The position numbers and the translations under genes are program-made. The notes under the pieces are model-generated. The model worked only from the letters and a program-made list of their open reading frames with translations. It did not search any database and was not told the DNA's origin. From an uncultured Eubacteriales bacterium (GTDB taxonomy: Bacteria; Bacillota; Clostridia; Oscillospirales; Acutalibacteraceae), in NCBI GenBank assembly GCA_934457115.1, contig CAKSHI010000006.1, positions 23,556 through 87,555 on the forward strand: 64,000 nt of DNA. The letters run 5' to 3'. Positions 54,667 to 62,114 of the stretch are shown one piece after another (position 1 is the stretch's first letter; every line of letters starts with the position of its first letter).

Positions 54667-55029
54667 ATGTTTGGTCTTTTGAAAAGTAAGGAGAAAGCAG
54701 GAAATAAGAAGAGTGATACATTTGGTGGTATACCGGTTAAAAGAACCGGTGTCAAGGCAGTGGATATTACTACGGGTACGGATGATAATAAGATTAACAA
54801 AGGTGGAACTTTTGGAGGAATACCAATTAAAAGAGGAGGGGTCCCGTCGATAGGAATGAACGCAGTAGAAGGAGATAACCATGTACATAAAGGCGGAACC
54901 TTTGGGGGAATACCAATTAAAAGAGGAGGAGTCCCGTCGATAGGAATGAACGCAGTGGAAGGAGATAGCCATGTACATAAAGGCGGAACCTTTGGAGGAA
55001 TACCAATTAAAAGAGGAGGAGTAAAATAA
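54667..55029 (+). CDS. Small (120 aa) Gly/Lys-rich tandem-repeat protein with four TFGGIP(V/I)KRxGV units; no recognisable family
   Basis: The ATG at 54667 lies 8 nt after AAGGGG. Own promoter-like element and downstream terminator. Protein: MFGLLKSKEKAGNKKSDTFGGIPVKRTGVKAVDITTGTDDNKIN then 2.5x KGGTFGGIPIKRGGVPSIGMNAVEGD(N/S)HVH. The antisense ORFs lack an SD. Confidence 0.6.
   Translation: MFGLLKSKEKAGNKKSDTFGGIPVKRTGVKAVDITTGTDDNKINKGGTFGGIPIKRGGVPSIGMNAVEGDNHVHKGGTFGGIPIKRGGVPSIGMNAVEGDSHVHKGGTFGGIPIKRGGVK
54799..55026 (+). repeat. 90-nt (30-codon) tandem repeat, about 2.5 copies
   Basis: Units at 54799-54888, 54889-54978 and 54979-55026 are nearly identical at the nucleotide level. The region is open in three of six frames. 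Confidence 0.9.
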
Positions 55030-55078
55030 ATAGTCATTAATTATTAAAATTCAAAATGGCCCCCATGCTTATAACTAT

Positions 55079-55122
55079 AAAAAGGAATCAGCTACTCCAA
55101 ATAGTGTCTGATTCCTTTTTAT
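55079..55122. terminator. Bidirectional hairpin between the small repeat gene (+) and tRNA-Ser (-)
   Basis: aaaggaatcag (55081-55091) pairs with ctgattccttt (55108-55118), with an A-run before and a T-run after. Confidence 0.65.
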
Positions 55123-55152
55123 AGTTACGTGGTATTTAGCTAAACTAAAATT

Positions 55153-55241
55153 TGGCGGAGAGTTAGGGATTCGAACCCTAGGTCCCTTTTGGGGACACAG
55201 CATTTCGAGTGCTGCACCTTCGACCACTCGGACAACTCTCC
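55153..55241 (-). tRNA. tRNA-Ser (anticodon CGA), CCA encoded
   Basis: The reverse complement is GGAGAGTTGTCCGAGTGGTCGAAGGTGCAGCACTCGAAATGCTGTGTCCCCAAAAGGGACCTAGGGTTCGAATCCCTAACTCTCCGCCA. Acceptor GGAGAGT/ACTCTCC. Anticodon stem CAGCA/TGCTG with loop CTCGAAA. Long variable arm GTCCC-CAAAA-GGGAC. T arm TAGGG-TTCGAAT-CCCTA. Confidence 0.93.
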
Positions 55242-55267
55242 AAACAATTAAAATCACAATATATAAT

Positions 55268-55296
55268 ATTCTAAAGCTTTTTTCTATAATTGTCAA
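55268..55296 (-). promoter_or_regulatory. Sigma-A-type promoter of tRNA-Ser
   Basis: On the minus strand: TTGACA (complement of 55291-55296), 17-nt spacer, TAGAAT (complement of 55268-55273), about 27 nt upstream of the tRNA 5' end. Confidence 0.6.
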
Positions 55297-55688
55297 GGAA
55301 AGAAAATAGTTTTTATATATTGCAAAATTTAGCATAATGTTGTATACTGTAACATATATAAAATGATTGTTTGATTTGATATTTTTAGGACTTAATAATA
55401 TATGTTTTTTAAGACATAGGAAAGAATCAAGGGGTAATTAGAATTATAAATTAGTATTTTTTAGGTGAGAAGTCTAGAAGAATAGTGGATTTATAAATAG
55501 ATATAGATACAGTTAAATTATCATCCAAATTATATAACTGATTAAAAAGGTGATTTAAGTTTGCTAAAGATATAATAGAATAAGTTGCACAAGAAAAGTA
55601 TTTTTAGCAATTTGAATAGTATATTCATGGACATTGTTAAGGATATTTTGATTCTGATCGGGTTAATAAAACATTTTTAGAGGGTGAG

Positions 55689-58214
55689 ATGAAGACTATG
55701 TACGGCTCCTTAAAAAAAGATGAACTTATACAAAAGCAGGATATTCATGTAAATGGGTTAGATAAAGTCATGAATGCTAAGGCTAATTTACCGAAAAAAA
55801 GTTATTATGATGTATCTAAAGTAGATAAGGTTCAAGATTCATCATTGGATAAGAGCACGGAAGAATTTGTAATAGGTGTTGACGGACAAACCATTACTTC
55901 TAAAGAGTATAAGGATTCATGTGAGGCTAAGAAGATAATCATACAAAATGGGGTTAAGGAAATAAAAAAAGAAGCCTTTATTTGTAATCAAAATTTGGAG
56001 GAGATAGAACTTCCGGACAGTATTAAAGAAATACCGGAACGTGCGTTTTTAGGATGTGTAAAGTTAAAGAATATCAAATTATCTGAAAATATAAAAATAA
56101 TAGGGGAAAGTTCCTTTTATAGTTGTGGGAGTATTGAAAAAATAAGTATTCCAAATGGTGTAGAAGAAATATTATGCCAAGCTTTTGGTGGCTGTGGCAA
56201 ACTAAATAATATAGTTTTACCTAAAAGTATAAAGAAACTAGGGAATGAAGTTTTTCTATTTTGCACAAATCTTGAAAATGTGGAGCTTCCAAATAATATA
56301 GATAAAATACCGGATAGGGCCTTTTGCTGTTGCTCAAACTTAAAATCTATACAGTTACACGAGGGTATAGAAACGATAGGACAAAATGCCTTTTCTAATT
56401 GCAAAAATTTGGAGAAAATAGATATCCCGGAGAGTGTAACAGCAATATCTGATGGTGTTTTTTCGAATTGTTCCAGTTTAAAGTCTATAAAATTACCCAG
56501 TAAAATAGAATCAATAGGACAAAATGCCTTTTCTGATTGTAAGAATCTGGAGAAAATAGATATCCCGGAGAGTGTAACAGCAATATTTAACAGTACTTTT
56601 TCGAATTGTTCCGGTTTAAAGTCTATAAAATTGCCTAATGGAATTAAAACGATAGGACAAGATACCTTTTGTAATTGTAAAAGCCTAGAGGAAATAGATA
56701 TCCCTGATAGTATAACCGAAATACCGCCGGGAATCTTTAAAGGATGCCAAAATTTAAAATTTATAAAATTACCTAAAGGCATGAAAAAAATAGAGAGATT
56801 TACTTTTGATAATTGTGAAGGTATTGAAAGAATAGAACTTCCAAGTGAAATAACCGAAATACCGGAGGGGGCCTTTAGAAGTTGCAAAAATTTGAAGTCT
56901 ATAGAGATACCTAAGAACGTAAATAAAATAGGTACAAATGCCTTTATATGTTGTGAAGGTCTTATTGAGATAAGTTTCCATGAAAATTTAAACGAGATAA
57001 TGCCTAGAGCATTTGTAGGATGTAAAAGTTTAAAGTCTGTAAAATTGCCTAAAAATTTAGAAAGGATAGGGGAACTTGCATTTGCAAAATGCGATAAACT
57101 TGAGAAAATAGAACTTTCAGATAAGATAACCGAAATACCTGCCGGGGCATTTGGAGAATGTAAAAGTTTAGAGTCTATAATAATACCTAAAAGTGTAAAA
57201 AAAATAGAGAGGTTTGCTTTTGTCGGTTGCAAGAATTTAACAAGTGTAGATACTGATTTAAAACCGGAAGATTGTGACTTTGATGCTTTTGTGGGTTGTG
57301 ATCAGTTAGATTTTACAAAGGTATTTAAGTCCGGTCTTGAGGATTATTATGAAACAGTTTTAGACAAAAGATTTATTTATAAACAAGATGGTAAGGAACA
57401 TCATATAGAAAAAGAAAAAGGAAGGCAATTGCCGCTATTTTCTGAGGGTGGACCTAAAATAAAGGATATTAGGCAAGGATACATTGGTGACTGTTGGTTA
57501 TTAGCAAGCATTGCTTCTATAATTGATTGTAGGCCTGATGCTATAAAAAATATTGTGAAGGAAAATATTGAAGATGGTACTGTTGATGTGACACTTCAAA
57601 GGGAACTACTGCCGGGTTTGTTTAAAAAGGAAGTTTATAAGGTTCAAAAGTCTATATTTGAAGTCAATATAGGTAGAAAAGATAGGCCCATTATGTCAAA
57701 ATCAGATGAAAATATTTGGGTCCAAATGATAGAAAAAGCGTTTTCGGCATATTTGTCAAAAGGTGAAGAGAAAGTCGATTTCAATAATATTAGTGGATTT
57801 TGTGTGGATACCACAAATAATATTGAATACAAAAGGCAGAATGAGAAGGATGCATTTAAAATAATCCTTGGAAAGGAGGTAGACGGAGGGTATTTATTTT
57901 CTAAGGGGTTATGTATTGACCTCAAGAGATTGTTTGAAAGAATAAAACTGGCATTAAGTAATGGTATACCACTTTCCTATGCTTTGACTAATAGTGGAGA
58001 TACTGTACTTGATACAGACGGGGACAAACTTATTACTATTCATATGTATAGTATTGTTAGAACTGAGGAAAAGAATGGTAAATATTACATAAAGCTACGG
58101 AATCCATGGGGCTATAATCGTAAAGGTGAAAAGGAGACAAAGGGAGATATTATAACTGTTAATCTATTAGATGCTACTAGAGTTGCCTTTACAATACCAA
58201 ATTTAAGGTTATAA
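55689..58214 (+). CDS. BspA-type leucine-rich-repeat protein with C-terminal calpain-like (peptidase C2) cysteine protease domain, paralog 1 (841 aa)
   Basis: About 19 repeats of the pattern (L/I)xxIx(L/I)PxxIxxIxxxAFxxCxxL from ~55930 to 57250. The C-terminal domain has LFSEGGPKIKDIRQGYIGDCWLLASIASI (Cys codon 57492-57494), IHMYSIV (His 58041-58043) and KLRNPWGYN (Asn 58101-58103). No signal peptide, TM segment or cell-wall anchor seen. Confidence 0.8.
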   Translation: MKTMYGSLKKDELIQKQDIHVNGLDKVMNAKANLPKKSYYDVSKVDKVQDSSLDKSTEEFVIGVDGQTITSKEYKDSCEAKKIIIQNGVKEIKKEAFICNQNLEEIELPDSIKEIPERAFLGCVKLKNIKLSENIKIIGESSFYSCGSIEKISIPNGVEEILCQAFGGCGKLNNIVLPKSIKKLGNEVFLFCTNLENVELPNNIDKIPDRAFCCCSNLKSIQLHEGIETIGQNAFSNCKNLEKIDIPESVTAISDGVFSNCSSLKSIKLPSKIESIGQNAFSDCKNLEKIDIPESVTAIFNSTFSNCSGLKSIKLPNGIKTIGQDTFCNCKSLEEIDIPDSITEIPPGIFKGCQNLKFIKLPKGMKKIERFTFDNCEGIERIELPSEITEIPEGAFRSCKNLKSIEIPKNVNKIGTNAFICCEGLIEISFHENLNEIMPRAFVGCKSLKSVKLPKNLERIGELAFAKCDKLEKIELSDKITEIPAGAFGECKSLESIIIPKSVKKIERFAFVGCKNLTSVDTDLKPEDCDFDAFVGCDQLDFTKVFKSGLEDYYETVLDKRFIYKQDGKEHHIEKEKGRQLPLFSEGGPKIKDIRQGYIGDCWLLASIASIIDCRPDAIKNIVKENIEDGTVDVTLQRELLPGLFKKEVYKVQKSIFEVNIGRKDRPIMSKSDENIWVQMIEKAFSAYLSKGEEKVDFNNISGFCVDTTNNIEYKRQNEKDAFKIILGKEVDGGYLFSKGLCIDLKRLFERIKLALSNGIPLSYALTNSGDTVLDTDGDKLITIHMYSIVRTEEKNGKYYIKLRNPWGYNRKGEKETKGDIITVNLLDATRVAFTIPNLRL
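56376..56651 (+). repeat. 138-nt (46-codon, double-LRR) tandem duplication inside paralog 1
   Basis: ataggacaaaatgccttttct... begins at 56376 and again at 56514. The first ~120 nt of the two copies differ only at scattered positions (IETIGQNAFSNCKNLEKIDIPESVTAISDGVFSNCSSLKSIKLP versus IESIGQNAFSDCKNLEKIDIPESVTAIFNSTFSNCSGLKSIKLP). Confidence 0.9.
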
Positions 58215-58291
58215 AATGGATATAAGTATAGTGTTTTTAAGTGGGAATTGATTATGCATTGTAATTTTTCAGGACATGAAAAAAGAAACAA

Positions 58292-58553
58292 ATTCCTATA
58301 GTATAGGTGGTCCTAAACAAACGTGGAGTTTTACGCAGGGCTTGATTCTGGCGAATTAAATGATTTAAACGGAAATAAACTTAAAGATCATCGTGCTTAT
58401 AGATTGGTTGGTGTGGAAGAAAAGGAATGTGGATATTACATACAATTGTGAAATCCTTGGGGATATAATTGAGATAAAAATGATGCAGTTATAACAGTAG
58501 ATTTGAAAGAGGCCATTAGTGATAGATCACATATGTTAAATTTGCATGAATAA
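58292..58553 (+). pseudogene. Decayed, internally deleted remnant of a calpain-like domain (fourth paralog relic)
   Basis: Frame from 58320 reads NVEFYAGLDSGELNDLNGNKLKDHRAYRLVGVEEKECGYYIQL*NPWGYN*DKNDAVITVDLKEAISDRSHMLNLHE*. It is colinear with the C-terminus of paralog 2 (HHSYSLVGAEEREGRYYINLRNPWGYNWDKNHNKKDAVITVDLEEAI), with in-frame TGA at 58449-58451 and 58470-58472. Upstream, attcctatagtataggtggtcctaaa resembles the IPLFSEGGPK start of the domain. Confidence 0.75.
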
Positions 58554-58575
58554 GAGGAATGATAGGAGACTAGTT

Positions 58576-61500
58576 ATGTTTTTTAATTTTAATTTTTTAG
58601 GATCTGGAAAGGGCAAAACAGGTTTTAATATGGATAATTCCGACCAAGTGCCATATTTTGATCAGACTCCGGATTTAGGTGGAATTAGGGTTACTGCGGC
58701 ACAAGATTTTAATGATAATATACTAGAAAATGCACCCAGAATAGGACAAGAAGGAGAGACTATTGGCAGGAATCATATTTTAGGTTTAGAAAATGCCAGT
58801 GCGATATACATAAATGACGGAGTTATTGGTATAGATAAGTGGGCTTTTTCTAATTATAAAAATTTAAGAGAAATAAGGTTGCCGGAAAGCCTACGGGTAA
58901 TAGAAGATTGTGCTTTTTATGGATGTGAACAATTAAATGGAATAAGCTTACCGAAATCATTAGAAAAGTTGGGAACATATGTATTTTATGATAGTGGTTT
59001 GTGGAGCGTATGTTTTTGTGGTGATATACGAGAAATACCCGAGAGTACATTTGCAGAATGCAGGCAATTAAATTTAGTAATGCATAATAGTGGGGTTATA
59101 GAAAAGATAGGGAAAAATGCTTTTAGCAATTGTACAAACTTAACGGATACACACTTTATTATGAATGTAAACGAGTTAGGAGAGAATGCATTTCAAGGTT
59201 GTGAAAATATTGGAAACATAGAGTTTGAGGGCAATATAACCGAAATACCTGACGGAGCATTTAAAGATTGTAAATGTTTATCGATGGAATTGCCGTGTGG
59301 GATTAAAAGAGTAGGAAAAGAAGCATTTGCAGGGTGCACCGGTTTGATAGACTTAAGTTTACCATCGACTATAACAGAATTTGGGCAGCGAGCCTTTTCT
59401 GGTTGTACAGGATTGTGGGAGGTAGACTTTCATGGGGAAATGCCGGCAATAGATGGTTTTATTTTTGAAGGATGTACAAAGTTATATGAAGTAAAATTAC
59501 CAAGGAAACTAAAAAGGATAGGACATGGAGTTTTTGCCGATTGTAAAAACTTAACGAAAGTAGAATTTCCGGAAACCTTAGAAGAAATAGGACAAGGTGC
59601 ATTTTCAGGATGTGTGTACTTGAGAGATATAAATCTGCCAACAGGTATGAGAGGAGTTGGATCCAGCGCTTTTTACGGTTGTGAGGGTCTAAAAAAAATA
59701 GTATTGCCGAAAAGTATAGAAACAATAGGAGCGGATGCTTTTAAAGACTGTAAGCAACTTGAGGATATAAAATTTGAAGACGGTATAACCATGATACCTG
59801 ATTTTGCTTTGAGAGAGCTAGATTGTGTGAAACAAATAGAATTACCTCAAAGCGTAAAAGTAATAGGAATAAGCTCATTTAGACAATGTAAAAGTCTAGA
59901 GAAGGTAATATTAAATGAGGGTATAGAAAGAATAGGGGCAAATGCTTTTTGTGAATGTCAAAATTTAAGGGAGATAGTATTTCCTGAAAGCATGAGAGAA
60001 ATAGGAAAGGATGCTTTTAAGAATTGTGAAAATTTAACCAGAGTAGTACTCCCGAAAAGTATACAAGTAATGGAGCCCGGTATTTTTAGGGATTGTAAAA
60101 GTCTCGAGAAAGTAGAGATTGAAGAAGGAATCACCAAAATACCTGATATTACCTTTTGGGGATGTAGTGGTTTAAAGCAAATAAAATTGCCTGAGTCCTT
60201 AGAAGTAATAGGACAGTGTGCTTTTTCAGATTGTGAAAATTTAAGAGAGATAGTATTTCCTAAAAGTATGAAAGAAATAGGAATGGGTGCTTTTCAAAAG
60301 TGTTTAAGATTAGATAAAATAGTATTTCAGGGAGATATAGAAAGGATAGGGAAATCAGCCTTTATCGTTTGTGGAGAATTACTATCGAATGAAACGGAAA
60401 ATAGTGTAAAAAAATCAAGGAATAATAGTAAAAATCCTGATGGAGATGCAGTGCCTTTAAATGTACAAGAATTAGGGAAAAGTGCTTTTAATAATTGCAA
60501 AAGTTTATTAAACAGACCGATTAAGGTTATAAAAAAGATAGAGGAGAATGCATTTGTTAGCTGCGAAGACATAAGAGAAATAGAGTTGGGAGATGATATA
60601 ACCGAAGTACCTGAGGGTGCATTTAAGGGATGTAAAAATTTATCTAAAGTAAAAGTATCTGAAAATGTAAGGACAATAGGAAAAGAAGCTTTCTTCGGTT
60701 GCAAAAAATTAAGTGAGGCGGAATTACCGAAGGAAATAGATAAAATAGACGATTATGCCTTTGCCGGTTGCAAGAAATTGTCTTCTATAGGAAAAAATGC
60801 AGATGATAATGGGAAAAGTGTAAGAGAAGTAGGAGAAGGTGCATTTTTTAGATGCCTTGAGTTACATACAGGCTTTAAAGATATAGAGAAATTAGGAAAG
60901 GATTCCTTTTTTGGTTGCTTTTCTATGAGAAAGGTATCTTTTAATGATGGCATAGAAGAGATACCTGTCCGTGCTTTTAGTGATTGTGCATCTTTAACTA
61001 AGGTAGTATTCCCGAAAAGTGTAAGGAAAATAGGAATGCTTGCTTTTGATAACTGTAGTAAATTAACATCAATAACATTTGGAAATAAGAATAATATAGA
61101 AAGAATAGAAAATTATGCTTTTGCTGGGTGTAGGAATTTAAGGCATGTAAAACCGGAATTAAAGCCTGATATTTATGCCACTGATGCTTTCAAAGGTTGT
61201 TATAAAACAGATCTTGATAAATCTACTGAATCTAATCATTTTAATATATTAGATGAACAATTCTTCCTTGACGATAGGGAGGATAAGATGGTAGATGCAG
61301 GTCCCATAATAATAGAAGACAAGAGTGAGATTCCGCTATTTTCTGAAGGCGGACCTAAAATAGAGGATATTGCACAAAGAGAGATGGGTGACTGCTGGCT
61401 ATTAGCGGCACTGGGATCTATTGTTAATTTCAAACCGGGGTTTATAAAACATATAATGACTGATAATCCTGAAAACGGTACTGTAAGTGTGAAATTTCAA

Positions 61501-62076
61501 AGAGAGATACAAGGGCAATTTAGAACAGAAGTATATACAGTTAAAAAATCCATATTTAAAGCAAAAGTTATAGATAGGAATCAGACAATAATGTCGGAAT
61601 TGCAAGGGTGCCTCTGGCCACAAATGATGGAAAAGGCGTTTGCAGCATATTTGGATAATTACAGAGATTTAAGAAATTTTAATAGTATTTATAGTAGTAG
61701 AGACAACTTTTTTGGAGACAAAAGACCATTTAAAGTTATACTTGGAAGATTTGCAGAGAGTTCGGGAGAAGATGTTAGACTAGGTGGGGATCCAAAGACA
61801 CTATTTGAAAGAATACAAAGAAATTTACAAAATGGAATGCCTATGACATTTTCGACTAATTATAAATTAAACGACTTTGATGTAGATGAGGTTCAAAATC
61901 ATCATTCCTATAGCCTGGTTGGTGCGGAGGAAAGAGAAGGAAGATACTACATAAATTTGCGAAACCCTTGGGGATATAACTGGGATAAAAATCATAATAA
62001 AAAGGATGCGGTAATAACAGTAGATTTGGAAGAAGCAATTAGGGCCGGATCGTGGATATCAAATTTTTATAAATAG
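58576..62076 (+). CDS. BspA-type leucine-rich-repeat protein with C-terminal calpain-like cysteine protease domain, paralog 2 (~1166 aa)
   Basis: The ATG at 58576 lies 7 nt after AGGAG (track start 58546 has no SD). Long LRR array. C-terminal IPLFSEGGPKIEDIAQREMGDCWLLAALGSIV (Cys 61393-61395), NHHSYSLVG (His 61903-61905), NLRNPWGYNW. Confidence 0.8.
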   Translation: MFFNFNFLGSGKGKTGFNMDNSDQVPYFDQTPDLGGIRVTAAQDFNDNILENAPRIGQEGETIGRNHILGLENASAIYINDGVIGIDKWAFSNYKNLREIRLPESLRVIEDCAFYGCEQLNGISLPKSLEKLGTYVFYDSGLWSVCFCGDIREIPESTFAECRQLNLVMHNSGVIEKIGKNAFSNCTNLTDTHFIMNVNELGENAFQGCENIGNIEFEGNITEIPDGAFKDCKCLSMELPCGIKRVGKEAFAGCTGLIDLSLPSTITEFGQRAFSGCTGLWEVDFHGEMPAIDGFIFEGCTKLYEVKLPRKLKRIGHGVFADCKNLTKVEFPETLEEIGQGAFSGCVYLRDINLPTGMRGVGSSAFYGCEGLKKIVLPKSIETIGADAFKDCKQLEDIKFEDGITMIPDFALRELDCVKQIELPQSVKVIGISSFRQCKSLEKVILNEGIERIGANAFCECQNLREIVFPESMREIGKDAFKNCENLTRVVLPKSIQVMEPGIFRDCKSLEKVEIEEGITKIPDITFWGCSGLKQIKLPESLEVIGQCAFSDCENLREIVFPKSMKEIGMGAFQKCLRLDKIVFQGDIERIGKSAFIVCGELLSNETENSVKKSRNNSKNPDGDAVPLNVQELGKSAFNNCKSLLNRPIKVIKKIEENAFVSCEDIREIELGDDITEVPEGAFKGCKNLSKVKVSENVRTIGKEAFFGCKKLSEAELPKEIDKIDDYAFAGCKKLSSIGKNADDNGKSVREVGEGAFFRCLELHTGFKDIEKLGKDSFFGCFSMRKVSFNDGIEEIPVRAFSDCASLTKVVFPKSVRKIGMLAFDNCSKLTSITFGNKNNIERIENYAFAGCRNLRHVKPELKPDIYATDAFKGCYKTDLDKSTESNHFNILDEQFFLDDREDKMVDAGPIIIEDKSEIPLFSEGGPKIEDIAQREMGDCWLLAALGSIVNFKPGFIKHIMTDNPENGTVSVKFQREIQGQFRTEVYTVKKSIFKAKVIDRNQTIMSELQGCLWPQMMEKAFAAYLDNYRDLRNFNSIYSSRDNFFGDKRPFKVILGRFAESSGEDVRLGGDPKTLFERIQRNLQNGMPMTFSTNYKLNDFDVDEVQNHHSYSLVGAEEREGRYYINLRNPWGYNWDKNHNKKDAVITVDLEEAIRAGSWISNFYK

Positions 62077-62114
62077 GAGAAATAATAGTTTTTTTAAATT
62101 GTAGGAGATTGATT

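Noticed and set aside
54799-55026. Considered whether the regular tandem repeats here, at 28690-28968 and at 63012-64000 could be a CRISPR array.
   Set aside because: The repeats are directly adjacent with no unique spacers. They are 90-273 nt long, in frame and protein-coding. No cas genes are present.
54651-55037. Two minus-strand ORFs (128 aa and 105 aa) overlapping the small repeat-protein gene.
   Set aside because: Openness in several frames follows from the 90-nt repeat. Only the + frame has an SD at the correct spacing, a -10 element upstream and a terminator downstream. The strand choice still needs expression data.
55075-55335. 86-aa minus-strand ORF.
   Set aside because: It spans the tRNA-Ser gene and its promoter, so it is an artefact.
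56117-57232. Long antisense ORFs inside the LRR genes (56117-57232, 60327-60704, 62456-62803, 63410-63787).
   Set aside because: They are the mirror of a periodic, stop-poor repeat-coding sequence. The translated products are repetitive mirror images without starts preceded by SDs. The sense frames carry coherent LRR and protease motifs.
58449-58472. Considered whether the two in-frame TGA codons in the calpain-domain relic indicate TGA=Trp recoding (genetic code 4), since one replaces a Trp of the intact paralogs.
   Set aside because: TGA is clearly used as a stop by well-defined genes in this window (for example topA at 8335-8337, ftsY at 16859-16861 and the radical SAM gene at 12343-12345). 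The other TGA replaces Arg. The fragment also lacks a start and most of the domain. It is a pseudogene.
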